A stretch of 64,000 bases of DNA, from assembly GCA_963669175.1 (NCBI GenBank), contig OY769902.1:5383366-5447365 (forward strand), written 5' to 3'. This DNA comes from a bacterium. Its GTDB lineage: Bacteria; Electryoneota; Electryoneia; Electryoneales; Electryoneaceae. The notes under the pieces are model-generated. The model searched no databases and was not told the DNA's origin. It saw only the letters and a program-made list of their open reading frames with translations. A program made the translations under genes and the position numbers. Shown here in pieces: positions 48,947 through 59,225 of this stretch (the first letter of the stretch is position 1; each line of letters starts with the position of its first letter).

Positions 48947-50440
48947 ATGCGTACAAACCTCAGTTTGATTGTTGTGTTTGGATTGATTGTTCTTCTGGCG
49001 GGCATGAATGGCTGCGTGAAGCAGTCAGACCCGGTGACCGTAACAGTTCTTCACTGGAATGACCTGCATTCCAACAACCTGCCACATCGCTTGATAAAAG
49101 ACGGCGACACAACCATGATTGGCGGAATCGCCAACCTCGCAGGGATGATTGACCATTATCGTGATTCCATCGATCACCCGGTTTTTGTTCTGAATGCCGG
49201 TGATGAATACCAGGGCACCCCGATTTCCGCCGTGACCAAAGGACGTAGCCAGATTACGCTTCTGAACCAGATCGGAATCGACGCGTTTACAATCGGTAAC
49301 CATGAATTTGACTACACCTCGGACACCCTGATCGCCGGGATGAAGGATGCTCAGTTCCCGGTGTTACTGGCGAATGTGACTGATCTGGATGGTCGCCGCA
49401 TTTTTGAACCGTATACCATCATTGAACGAAACGGGATCAAGATCGGTGTGATTGGCGTGATCCTTGACGGTCTGAAAAGCGTGACCACCCACACCGCTAC
49501 AGCTATGGTAGACGTCAAATCCAGCACAGAAGCAGTGAAAAAGTATCTTGCTGAACTGACCCCGAAGACTGACATCCAGATTTGCCTGAGCCACATGGGT
49601 GTGTACGATGACAGTGTTCTTGCCGCTGAAGTCGGTGACGACCTTGAACTGATCATCGGCGGTCACTCCCATACACGCCTCTACGAACCCAAATGGGTGA
49701 ATGGGGTTGCGATTCTGCAGGCCGGAAGCAAAGCCGAATTCCTAGGTATCGCCAACCTTCAGATTGACACCCTGCGAAACAAACTGGTCAGCCTCGACGC
49801 CCATATCGAGCCGGTTATCGAGGGCAAGTACCCGGCCAATGAACAGGTCGCGGAGCAGGTTGACAAGTTCGAAAGTGTGCTGGCGAAAGAGATGGATGTT
49901 ATTGTTGCCACGCTGGATGAACCATGGGAAAGGAAGCGTGGCGAGGAAAGCAATGTCGGTCGATTTGTGGCCGGGTGCTATCGCTGGGCGACCGATGCTG
50001 ATGTGGGAGTTATGAATACCAGCGGCTTGCGTGCCGATGTGGATGCCGGACCATTGTCTGTTCGTGAAGTGTTCCAGGTCTGCCCGTTTGGGAATGAGAT
50101 TGTTCGCTTCACCATGACCGGACGTGAACTACGGGAATGGATTCTGAAGGTAGCCACGGGGAAAGTATCCCATGTCCAGCAGAGCGGGATTGAAGCAACG
50201 ATTGTGGATGGTGGCGTGACCATGATGACGGTCAAAGGGGTATCGCTGGACCCGGAAAAAAACTATACCATCGCAACCGTGAACTATGTCACCGACCACC
50301 TGGACAAATATTTCGACATGGAACCGGGATCACGGAAGATTGAGAACATGTACCTGGTGGACCGTGAGGTAGTGCTCGACGGCGCACGTCGCACCGGACG
50401 AATCCGTTCCGAGAAAAAACCACAAGTTATTGTGAAATAA
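48947..50440 (+). CDS. Bifunctional metallophosphatase / 5'-nucleotidase (probable lipoprotein)
   Basis: HWNDLH, NAGD..QG, GNHEFD, SHMG, GGHSH and PFGN motifs. Confidence 0.93.
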   Translation: MRTNLSLIVVFGLIVLLAGMNGCVKQSDPVTVTVLHWNDLHSNNLPHRLIKDGDTTMIGGIANLAGMIDHYRDSIDHPVFVLNAGDEYQGTPISAVTKGRSQITLLNQIGIDAFTIGNHEFDYTSDTLIAGMKDAQFPVLLANVTDLDGRRIFEPYTIIERNGIKIGVIGVILDGLKSVTTHTATAMVDVKSSTEAVKKYLAELTPKTDIQICLSHMGVYDDSVLAAEVGDDLELIIGGHSHTRLYEPKWVNGVAILQAGSKAEFLGIANLQIDTLRNKLVSLDAHIEPVIEGKYPANEQVAEQVDKFESVLAKEMDVIVATLDEPWERKRGEESNVGRFVAGCYRWATDADVGVMNTSGLRADVDAGPLSVREVFQVCPFGNEIVRFTMTGRELREWILKVATGKVSHVQQSGIEATIVDGGVTMMTVKGVSLDPEKNYTIATVNYVTDHLDKYFDMEPGSRKIENMYLVDREVVLDGARRTGRIRSEKKPQVIVK

Positions 50441-50565
50441 GTATATAAAACACCAACAACGGAAATGTTTCCAGGGGCGTAGATCCCGGATAACGCTAAA
50501 CGGCAGCGTTTCCGGGATGACGAAGTGAGACCGGTTTCATCTTGTAATCATCGCTTTCCGGGATT

Positions 50566-50770
50566 ATGGAGATTGCCGGGAAAAGGGGACGGGATCCTTT
50601 TCCTCGCGCTTAACAGAATATTTCTGAAGTATTCATGGAAAAGGAAACTGTCCCCTTTTCCGTGTGATTCCTGCCTGCTCTCTAGAAAAAGGGTACAGCC
50701 ACCTTTCCCGGTCCATGCTCACAGCGGGAAGGCTTTGCCCCAGGAAAAGGAAACTGTCCCCTTTTTCCAT
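50566..50770. repeat. REP-like palindromic intergenic repeat, copy 2 plus extra units
   Basis: Same ~100-bp unit as 6696, plus another GGAAAAGGAAACTGTCCCCTTTTTCC at about 50742-50768. Confidence 0.7.
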
Positions 50771-51086
50771 TTCCTTTTATTCCAACTATATAATTGATCT
50801 TTCACTGATTTGTTGCGTGACCATATGACGGATTAATAATGGGAATGGCTGTATTTAGCGAAAATCTGAAGCGAAAAGAGTAGCAGTCCCCATTTTCCAT
50901 ATCCCTTCTCCCATTCATAATGGGTTATGAAATGAAATAACATATGGGCTATTGCATTTCGAAGTTTTACATCGCATGTTGTGCATGGAAGTTCAGGGGC
51001 CGGAGATACAATCCTTGTTTGCGTAGTTGCTGTATACTTGATCGCTAACGTGTGTAAAAGTAGCCGGTAACCAGGGAGGCCCCACG

Positions 51087-53258
51087 ATGAAACGCTCTGC
51101 CCACATTGCTGTTATTCTTGTTCTCCTCGTCACCATTCCATCATTCGCCCAGGACAGCCTCAACATTCACTCCGTTGATGCCCTGTTTGAGTCAGATGGA
51201 CCGGTTTCAGCTGTTGCTGTTCAATACCCTTACGCATACACCGGCATGACTTCCGGCAATTTCCGTGTGTTCGATATTACCGATCCACAGGATATTATCC
51301 CTGTAGGACGGTGTACGGTTCCACCTCGCGTATATGATATCGAAACCGATGGGAATTACGCTTTTGTTGGAACCCTTGATGATCATATCCGGGTGGTAGA
51401 TATCAGTGATCCGGCTTCCCCTCACGAGGTAGCGGTGTATGATTTTCCCGGTACATGGGACCAGGTAGTCGCCATGCAACTTGACCCGGAACAGGATATT
51501 CTCCACGTCTGCATGTTGGGTGTGAATTATACAGCGCTGGATGTTTCTGACCCGCTCAACATCAGTCTGATCGGGTATACATCTGTCAACCGAACCTATT
51601 GTTATGACATCGCTGTTGACGGAGATTACGTATACCTGGCCGCCTTTACCGATGGTCTGATTGCGGTTGATATCAGCGACCAGGAACACCCGGAAGTTGT
51701 TGACCAGATCAATACCAACGGATACGCCTACCGGTTGGCTTGTGGTGGTGGCTACATATGGGTTGGCAATCACTACGGCAGCATTGTCGGAGCGCCAACT
51801 CAAGACCCATCAAACCTCAACCTGGACGCCAGTTATTACACCGGGTTCTCCGCCATTATGGGACTGGTATGGCATGATGATATGCTGATTCCATCATCAT
51901 CGGAAGCAACCATGTTTCTCGATGTTTCCGAACCTGCCAGCCTGCTTGAGCTTTCCACATATGAACCGGATTTTATTACCAACCGTTGGCATGTATATAA
52001 CGACAGTATGGCTGTCGTGGAATCCTATCGTGACGGCATCCATATTGTTGATTTCGGGACACCTTCCGGGCCTGTAGATCTGGGCACAGACAACACTTGC
52101 GGCGCTGTGTACAGCATGGTCAGCATGGGCGATTCACTGCTTGTTTGCCACGGTGGTCTGGGGAATGATGGCCCGGAAGTGACCCTGATTGATATCTCTG
52201 ATCCTAATGCCCCGGTTGTATGTGAAAATGTTGGAAGCTTTTTCTTCAACATGAGTACACGCATGGCGGACAACAAACTGTTGGCGCCTCGTTATGGCGA
52301 TGGCTTTGAAATCTATGAATACACGAACGAGAATACGCTGGAGCTTATTTTTCAGGATACAACCTGCTATGGACGCAGTCTCTCAATGTCGGATACGCTG
52401 CTTGCCTGCGCCTGCGGGGATGAGTACACGTTCCGGTTGTATGACATGTCTGAACCGGAAGCCCCCACCCTGCTTACCACTCACAATGTTTCCTATATCG
52501 CGTATGATGTCGTGATTCAGGGGGACTATCTGTACGTGGTCACGACGAACAGCATGATCATTTTCGACATTACTGATCCCACCGCTCCGATTGAAATGGG
52601 TTCATTTTCCGCAAACGGAAACTTTTCCGGGGTTACCTTAGCAGATTCGCTCGCTTACCTGGTGGATTATTCACACAATGGAATCTGGGCGCTCAATATT
52701 TCAGATCCTGATAATCCCGCATATCGTGATTACCTGTTCAATGGAGTAGATACCTATTACCCGGTTCTGGCTAATGACAATCGTATTATCCAGTTTGACG
52801 GTCCTGGCGGGGTGAAGGTGCTGGATGCTTCTGATCCGACAAACCTGACCGAGACTGGCTATTATGTCAAGCCGGGAGATTTTACCAACGGCGTCATCAA
52901 GAACGATATCCTGTACACGACTGATCTTGCCACCCTGTTGATCCTCGACTTGTCTGCCACCCCGGTTGAGACGGTACAAGAACAGGCCGTTCCGGTTGCT
53001 TTTGGTCTTGCTGATCCCTGGCCGAATCCCTTCAACAGCGTCACTCGTATCGGCTTCACCCTGCCACAAGCTTCCACGGTGAAGCTTACGGTTGTTGATA
53101 TCCTGGGACGCACGGTAGCGACTTTGCTGAACGATGACATCAGTCCGGGAACGCATCATGTCAGTTGGAACGCTGTAAATGTCGCCAGCGGAACCTACTA
53201 CCTGCGACTGGAAGCGCCGGATGGGATCAATATGAGGAAGGTTGTGCTGGTGAAGTGA
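51087..53258 (+). CDS. Secreted LVIVD-repeat (beta-propeller) protein with T9SS-type C-terminal domain
   Basis: Multiple V.D[IV]SDP..P repeats; C-terminal PWPNPFN...ASGTYYLRL...KVVLVK. Confidence 0.9.
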   Translation: MKRSAHIAVILVLLVTIPSFAQDSLNIHSVDALFESDGPVSAVAVQYPYAYTGMTSGNFRVFDITDPQDIIPVGRCTVPPRVYDIETDGNYAFVGTLDDHIRVVDISDPASPHEVAVYDFPGTWDQVVAMQLDPEQDILHVCMLGVNYTALDVSDPLNISLIGYTSVNRTYCYDIAVDGDYVYLAAFTDGLIAVDISDQEHPEVVDQINTNGYAYRLACGGGYIWVGNHYGSIVGAPTQDPSNLNLDASYYTGFSAIMGLVWHDDMLIPSSSEATMFLDVSEPASLLELSTYEPDFITNRWHVYNDSMAVVESYRDGIHIVDFGTPSGPVDLGTDNTCGAVYSMVSMGDSLLVCHGGLGNDGPEVTLIDISDPNAPVVCENVGSFFFNMSTRMADNKLLAPRYGDGFEIYEYTNENTLELIFQDTTCYGRSLSMSDTLLACACGDEYTFRLYDMSEPEAPTLLTTHNVSYIAYDVVIQGDYLYVVTTNSMIIFDITDPTAPIEMGSFSANGNFSGVTLADSLAYLVDYSHNGIWALNISDPDNPAYRDYLFNGVDTYYPVLANDNRIIQFDGPGGVKVLDASDPTNLTETGYYVKPGDFTNGVIKNDILYTTDLATLLILDLSATPVETVQEQAVPVAFGLADPWPNPFNSVTRIGFTLPQASTVKLTVVDILGRTVATLLNDDISPGTHHVSWNAVNVASGTYYLRLEAPDGINMRKVVLVK

Positions 53259-53309
53259 CATTCACACCTCAGAATTGGGTACAATTGGGTATATTTATAG
53301 GTATCGGTA

Positions 53310-53360
53310 CAGGTCGGATTCACAGGATTGACAGGATAAGGAAGGATACTCAGGATGAAA
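53310..53360. repeat. Degenerate ~9-bp (CAGGAT-core) tandem micro-repeat
   Basis: GGATTCACAGGATTGACAGGATAAGGAAGGATACTCAGGATG; a related ATCCTG-type tract on the other strand lies at about 19170-19210. Confidence 0.55.
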
Positions 53361-53538
53361 TGAATGAATAGAAGTTGCTTCGCTATTTCGTATGTCACAA
53401 TCCCGACTCACTCGAAGTCGCGTCATGGATCAATACAGCATCACAGTATCCAAACGGTAACAACGACAGCAGCTTCATCACTTGTGAATCGGGCCACCCG
53501 ACCGCTTTGAGTCACAGGCAAGCAATTGGGTGCAATGA

Positions 53539-53806
53539 AATGTTGTGGCAGGTCTTGACGCGACATTCCGTTTTCGGCTTTTATAATGTTTTCCTGAATG
53601 CACAATAATATTGAAACCGCCTCTCGCCCTGTTTTTGTCGCGTTGTGACCTGCCACTGACATCTGTATTCTCACCGTCGTCAGGTCACAACGTGATGCCT
53701 TATGACAATCTATCATGCGAAATAGTAGGCTTGAAGTCGGACAGGTGTCTGAAATTGCGGTAAAAACAAGAAAAAGGCATCTCATCAAGACCTGACGAAA
53801 CCTGCT
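53539..53806 (+). mobile_element. MITE-like element, copy lacking both termini
   Basis: Matches the internal part of the family from ATGTTGTGGCAGGTCTTGACGCGAC to CAAGACCTGACGAAACCTGCT. Confidence 0.8.
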
Positions 53807-53810
53807 ATAA

Positions 53811-55598
53811 CTACTGTTCTGTCCGCATTTCGTCCAGTTCTTTGAGGCGTTTTACAATTTCCATATCACGCTGGAACAACTCCGGGCTACCGCTTTTGCG
53901 CAGTTGATCCCGGACTGTTTCACGCTCTTTCAATAACGCAGCCCGTTCAAAGTGCAATGCGGCAAACTCCACCGCTTGATTCGTGGATTGTTCATCCATG
54001 TCCATATCACGGTTCAGAATATCGTTCAGAATGGGCACCAAGCCGCTATTACCATTGAGGGAATCGTAGAGGTCCGCTTCATTGATCGTTTCGCCCTCCA
54101 CATGCGCTGCTTCCAGCACTTCGAACACTGGTCGCAACGGATGCTCGCCCATATCCGCCGCCCGGATATGGTTGAACACTTCGCCACGGCGTTCCGGATG
54201 ACGAATCAGTAACCACAGCAACGTCCGCACACCTTCTTCGAAACCGCTGACGACCTGCTGATCCGCGATCTGCTTGACCTGGCGTCCACGGTTGCCGCCA
54301 CGTCGTGACTTCTCCAACTCGCGTCCCAGTAATTGCTCGTCAATCCCCAGCTTTTCCGCAGCGTCATGCAGGTAGGCTTCACGTACAATCGCTTCCGGGA
54401 TGTTCTGTAGAGTTTCCACGATCGCTCGTGCGGCTTCCGCCTTGCCACGCGGGGTATCCAGCAATCCCTTACGGTGAAAATAGTTGACTTTGAAATCGAT
54501 GATAGGTTGCGCCTTGGTCAGCACGGCTTCCATCGATTCACGTCCGCCGGATTGGGCCAGCGAGTCTGGGTCTTCGCCTTCCGGCAACAACGCAATCTGG
54601 ACCTCCAGCCCGGCGCTGATCAGGATATCCGCCCCGCGAAACGCTGCGTTAACGCCCGCCTCATCACCGTCATACAGCAGGGTCGCGCGGTCGGCAAAGC
54701 GTTTGATCAAGCCCGCCTGCTCACGTGTCAACGCGGTTCCCAGTGAAGCAACCGCGTTACCAAAACCGACCATGTGCAGGGCAATCAGGTCGGTGTAGCC
54801 TTCGACCAGGATCGCTTCACGTGTGTTGCGCATCTCATCACGCGCCTGGGGCAGGCCGTACAGAGTTGATCCCTTGTGATAAATCGGGGTTTCCGGGCTG
54901 TTGATATATTTGGGTTGGGATTTCTCCTCGTCCTGACGCATGACACGTCCACCGAACCCGACCACACGCTTTCCGGCGTTACGGATAGGAAACATCAGGC
55001 GTTCACGGAAACGGTCATACCAGCCCCCGCGACCGCCACGAATCGCCAATCCTGCCGCCTCCAGGGTTTCACCGGTAAAGCCACGTTTCTGCGCCAGCTT
55101 AACCAACGTATCCCACCCCTCAGGACTCAAGCCCAGCTCGAATTTAGCTTCAAGCTCTTCGTCGATTCCACGTTTGCGCAGGTAATCCCGTGCCATCTTC
55201 GCCAGTTCGCTGTCGGTTTCGGTCAGCAGGTAGCGGAACAGCTTGTAGGCGCGTTCATTAGCCTGGTACAGGGCTTCGTTCTTCCCCGTAACCTTCTGAC
55301 CACCTTCACGGATCTCGATTCCGACTCGTTCAGCCAGTCGCCTCACCGCATCGGGAAACTCGATCCGTTCCACTTCCATCAGGAAGGTGAAGACATTGCC
55401 GCCCTTGCCACAGCCGAAACAGTGGAAGATCTGACGGTCAGGATTGACACTGAAGGAGGGGGTCTTTTCCTGGTGAAACGGACAGAGCCCGAAGTAGTTT
55501 ACGCCGCCCTTTTTCTTCAGGGAGACATATTCGCTGACCACTTCGAGAATATCGCTGCTTTCTCGGACCTGGCGGATGGTGTCTTCGGGTATTGCCAT
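53811..55598 (-). CDS. dnaG: DNA primase
   Basis: CPFH..KTPSF...FHCFGC zinc finger; FRERLMFPI; KYINSPET; TOPRIM motifs EGYTD and YDGDEAG; DPD. Confidence 0.98.
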   Translation of the reverse strand: MAIPEDTIRQVRESSDILEVVSEYVSLKKKGGVNYFGLCPFHQEKTPSFSVNPDRQIFHCFGCGKGGNVFTFLMEVERIEFPDAVRRLAERVGIEIREGGQKVTGKNEALYQANERAYKLFRYLLTETDSELAKMARDYLRKRGIDEELEAKFELGLSPEGWDTLVKLAQKRGFTGETLEAAGLAIRGGRGGWYDRFRERLMFPIRNAGKRVVGFGGRVMRQDEEKSQPKYINSPETPIYHKGSTLYGLPQARDEMRNTREAILVEGYTDLIALHMVGFGNAVASLGTALTREQAGLIKRFADRATLLYDGDEAGVNAAFRGADILISAGLEVQIALLPEGEDPDSLAQSGGRESMEAVLTKAQPIIDFKVNYFHRKGLLDTPRGKAEAARAIVETLQNIPEAIVREAYLHDAAEKLGIDEQLLGRELEKSRRGGNRGRQVKQIADQQVVSGFEEGVRTLLWLLIRHPERRGEVFNHIRAADMGEHPLRPVFEVLEAAHVEGETINEADLYDSLNGNSGLVPILNDILNRDMDMDEQSTNQAVEFAALHFERAALLKERETVRDQLRKSGSPELFQRDMEIVKRLKELDEMRTEQ

Positions 55599-55646
55599 GT
55601 CGGAAGGTAAAACGGTGAAGGCTGAAACAAAACCTCACAGACCAAT

Positions 55647-55901
55647 TCAGGAGGATTCATTGTTTCGTTCACGTTGCCACCGGATTCCCCGCAAGCCCTC
55701 TTCCAGACGCGCTAAAGAGGTGCGGATCTCGGTCAGCGTGGCGCGGACATTCTCCGAGAGGAGGCTCAGCTCACGGCGTCCGGCCTTCGTGTCCTCGAGG
55801 TGCCTGATCTCTGAACGCAGCCTTCCATAGGCAAGCGCAACGGATACCAGCAGGGATCCGATCATGATGATGTCGCGGAGTGTAATGTCGATCAAGGTCA
55901 T
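55647..55901 (-). CDS. Small protein with an N-terminal TM helix and coiled coil (phage holin/hemolysin-like)
   Basis: Hydrophobic IIMIGSLLVSVALAYG followed by a heptad-rich helix ending LARLEE; typical architecture of phage lysis-region proteins. Confidence 0.55.
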   Translation of the reverse strand: MTLIDITLRDIIMIGSLLVSVALAYGRLRSEIRHLEDTKAGRRELSLLSENVRATLTEIRTSLARLEEGLRGIRWQRERNNESS

Positions 55902-55980
55902 AGGTTGCCTTTCGTGCATGTTGCTTTGTGGTGAAAATACGTGATAGTGAAGCGGTGTAATTCTTTGTTTTATTTAGAAT

Positions 55981-56038
55981 AGACCCCGCCGGACAGCCGC
56001 CTTCGCTTCGCTACGGCGTGCTTCAAGCCGGTGGGGCC
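55981..56038. repeat. Nested palindromic (REP-like) element
   Basis: Outer CCCCGCCGG/CCGGTGGGG stem enclosing CGCC-TTCGCTTCGCTAC-GGCG. Confidence 0.4.
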
Positions 56039-56140
56039 AATGTTTTGATTGTTTCTATTGATTAGTGACACTTCGAGAAACCCGCCTGCGTTGAGGATGA
56101 CATGAAAGCATAAAGCAGTCGAGCAGTGCTCTAGACGTTA

Positions 56141-56332
56141 TCAGTTGGCGCTTCCTGCTTGTCCTGTGTTTTTTGCGATACCATCACGGATGAACAGGGC
56201 CAGAACAGCCGGGATAATCATCTGAAGCGCTTCTGACAGCGTGGCGGAACCTGTGGCCACTTGTTCTGTTGCGGCAATTAGAGCAGCTACTGCCGCCCAG
56301 AAAGTTTTGGTACGAAACAGACGTTGAAACAT
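56141..56332 (-). CDS. Small two-TM holin-like protein
   Basis: LFRTKTFWAAVAAL...ALFIRDGIAK resembles the S.K/RxFW...F.R.G pattern of small phage holins; AAGG RBS. Confidence 0.6.
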   Translation of the reverse strand: MFQRLFRTKTFWAAVAALIAATEQVATGSATLSEALQMIIPAVLALFIRDGIAKNTGQAGSAN

Positions 56333-56379
56333 GAGAAATTCCTTTCTTCCGGATTGTTATTTCTTCAGAACGAAGAGTG

Positions 56380-58944
56380 TCAGCGACCGGAACGTGCCGG
56401 TTCGAGATAGGTTGGTTTCCTTATGCCAAAGCGGACTCTTCCCCACTGGGGACGTCGCCAGGCTTGCCCGGGAAGGTCAGCGGAAGGCAAAGCCCCTACC
56501 TGCCTGCCAGACGTTGACAGGTAGTTGCCCAGTGAAAAGGGCGGAAGATGATAGTCATCCTTGTCCGGGTCTTCGAATTTGAGGGTGAAGCAGGTCATGG
56601 CTTCCGAGTCACTCACACCTGAGGTATCTGCCATATTGCCGGAAAACAGGTTGAAGTGGTTATTCAGGCGCGCGCCATCGGCTATTGCATGGTTGATCAT
56701 TCCCGTCCCGGAAGAGGCCGCTATGATAGTGTTCTCGACAGTAACCGAACCCGTATCACCGGAACAGATTTCGATTGCGATGGGGTTATTGAAAAACGTG
56801 CATTGAGATACAGAGATACTGTCGGTTGACTGATGACCACCGACTTGCATCCCGGCATTATTATTTCCTGCCAACACACATTCAGAAAGAACCAGTTCCG
56901 TTCCATATCCTTCCGCACTGATACCATTGCCCGGAAAACCTGTGATGAGGAGATCTTTTACTGCCGGGGTGCAGACCTGGTCAATTGTTATTCCACTGTA
57001 TCCGGGTGGCAGGTTGCTCCCGTCGAGGGTTGTACTGAAAGCATCTATACCGGAAATGCTGAGTGATTTGCCAATCAATACCGGTTCATTGAAGGCGCCC
57101 GCTGCAATCTGCAAGGCATCATTCTCCCTGGCATAGTCCACCGCAGGCTGAATCGCCGCAAAACAGGCTTCCCCATACAGAATGGGATAGATCGTTTCCC
57201 ACAAAGCGTTATGTTCATGAAACGCAGCCTGAACACTTGGGCTGTCATAGTATTCCAGGAACGCAAACATTCCTCCTGTCAGATTGGTCATCCCCTGATC
57301 TGCGAACAAGGTCAGCGCTTTATCAACATCCACCTGGAACCAGTCCGAAATCGTGATGGATTTCAATTGCGGCAAGCTGTTATCCAGGCAGATTGCCATG
57401 GTGTCTGCGTTGCCGGTGATAGTCAGCAAGTGCCAGAATGTGTCATTATGCGGAATTTGAAGAACGCTGTCCTCTCCGGCGATAGATAGCGTAAGCTGTA
57501 TCAGGCTGTTGGTGTCATCACGGTACAGTATATATCCCTTGCTGTCGTTGGTTTTACTGAAGAGGTAACCAGAATCATCTTCACGCAGGCGGAATAACAT
57601 GCTGACCCGGAAATTCTCTGACCAGTCCAGGCTGTCTTCCAGGGAAACATCTACCTGCAACGCATCGCTGGTCCCATCACCACTCCAGGCATAACAGGGT
57701 TGTCCCAACACACTCCCCCTGATTTCATACGCGCCACCAGCCTGGTTTACAGCAAAACTGCACCCGCTACGAGAATACCAGCGGATGGAATCCGGCGATA
57801 CTGTCCACTGGCTTACGATTCTGCCCGGGTCCAGAAGGGAGGAGACAGCCAGGTAACCTGCGATCTCGTGCCAGGGTACTGCACAAGCGGAATTGATATC
57901 CCTGATTTCCTGTGATTCCGAACGGTAGACAACAAAGGGGCCGGTTGAAACCAGGTCAGGCTTTCTATCACCGGTTATATCTGTGATCGCTCCGCCATAA
58001 TTCACATTTCCAAACGGAAGCGCAACCCTGGTGAATTGTCCGTCTCCATCGTTCAGGAAAAGATCTTTCCCCGATGAATGATAGATATCAATATCATGGT
58101 CAGAATCAGCATCACCGGCGATGATATCACGCCCATATGTAGTCGTCGCCCCAACAACTGATCTTGTAAACGAGCCACTTCCATCATTGGTGAATTTTAT
58201 CAGATCAACACCCAGTACGGAAATAATATCTTTGTCCGCATCTCCGTCCACATCTTCTACGACAAGGGATTGCCCGAAAGAAGAAGCTCCGATCAAAGAA
58301 CGTGTAAAATTCTCCTCGCCATCGTTGAACGCCACAAACACATCAAGCGTACTCGACGAACCAAAGATGATATCCATGTCCTGATCACCGTCAATATCAT
58401 TGATTCTGATATCCCGCACCTGTTCCTGTCCGGTAAGAACAGTATCCTGAGTGAAGCTTGCGTCACCATTGTTCCTCAACCAGATAATGGGGTAATCATG
58501 GCTACGGTCATCATTGGGGCAAAGAATATCGAGATCACCATCGCCATCAAGATCGCCTGTACGTGCTCGAACTGGACGACTGATTCCCGAAGCGATCAGT
58601 AAACGCTCAAATGTGTCATCACCATTATTTTTGTACCAGTAGCAGGAGGACGTTTCCAAATCAGGAAAGAGGATATCCTTTTCGCCATCCTTATCCAGAT
58701 CCGTAATCGACACCTGGTTGCTTGAAACTTGGACAGGAAAGGCGAAAAGTTCTTCGAAACTGAATGAAGAGGTTTGCCTGTACACACCTTCTTTAAGTAC
58801 CAGGTCGGGTAGTCCATCGCCGGTAAAATCACAAGCTCCGAGGAAGATATCTCCGGCATCCAATACAAAGGGATGGTAGCGGACTTCACCTGCACAGAGA
58901 ACAGGCAGCAAGAAACACAGAATAATACAAAGCTGTTTTTTCAT
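56380..58944 (-). CDS. Secreted protein with FG-GAP/VCBS repeats, a LamG-like domain and a beta-helix
   Basis: Signal peptide; seven D.D.DG..D[IL]-type repeats; IQPAVD.A...D...I..G.F.E beta-helix cap; no T9SS-type C-terminal domain. Confidence 0.8.
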   Translation of the reverse strand: MKKQLCIILCFLLPVLCAGEVRYHPFVLDAGDIFLGACDFTGDGLPDLVLKEGVYRQTSSFSFEELFAFPVQVSSNQVSITDLDKDGEKDILFPDLETSSCYWYKNNGDDTFERLLIASGISRPVRARTGDLDGDGDLDILCPNDDRSHDYPIIWLRNNGDASFTQDTVLTGQEQVRDIRINDIDGDQDMDIIFGSSSTLDVFVAFNDGEENFTRSLIGASSFGQSLVVEDVDGDADKDIISVLGVDLIKFTNDGSGSFTRSVVGATTTYGRDIIAGDADSDHDIDIYHSSGKDLFLNDGDGQFTRVALPFGNVNYGGAITDITGDRKPDLVSTGPFVVYRSESQEIRDINSACAVPWHEIAGYLAVSSLLDPGRIVSQWTVSPDSIRWYSRSGCSFAVNQAGGAYEIRGSVLGQPCYAWSGDGTSDALQVDVSLEDSLDWSENFRVSMLFRLREDDSGYLFSKTNDSKGYILYRDDTNSLIQLTLSIAGEDSVLQIPHNDTFWHLLTITGNADTMAICLDNSLPQLKSITISDWFQVDVDKALTLFADQGMTNLTGGMFAFLEYYDSPSVQAAFHEHNALWETIYPILYGEACFAAIQPAVDYARENDALQIAAGAFNEPVLIGKSLSISGIDAFSTTLDGSNLPPGYSGITIDQVCTPAVKDLLITGFPGNGISAEGYGTELVLSECVLAGNNNAGMQVGGHQSTDSISVSQCTFFNNPIAIEICSGDTGSVTVENTIIAASSGTGMINHAIADGARLNNHFNLFSGNMADTSGVSDSEAMTCFTLKFEDPDKDDYHLPPFSLGNYLSTSGRQVGALPSADLPGQAWRRPQWGRVRFGIRKPTYLEPARSGR

Positions 58945-59225
58945 TGTGTCTCCAGACTATCAGGTTCAGGAACCTGGATCAGGGGTGGGCTATCCCATGA
59001 CTGAGCAAGGTGATACGCTTCAGCATCTGACAGCAGCATGATTGCTGTATCTCCTCCGGCGATGGCAAACAGTGAATCCGCGTTCCCGAATCCAGATTTG
59101 ACCAGGACGGTATCCTGCCAGACTCGTGGCTGTCCCCAGCCATTGTGGGAGACAGCAAGCCAGTGGTTTTCCAGCATCATCGCGTACCAGATCATAAGCA
59201 GGACGGGTATGATCCTCCCCTTCAT
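58941..59225 (-). CDS. Small hypothetical exported protein
   Basis: ATGA overlaps with both neighbours; hydrophobic N-terminus. Confidence 0.55.
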   Translation of the reverse strand: MKGRIIPVLLMIWYAMMLENHWLAVSHNGWGQPRVWQDTVLVKSGFGNADSLFAIAGGDTAIMLLSDAEAYHLAQSWDSPPLIQVPEPDSLETQ

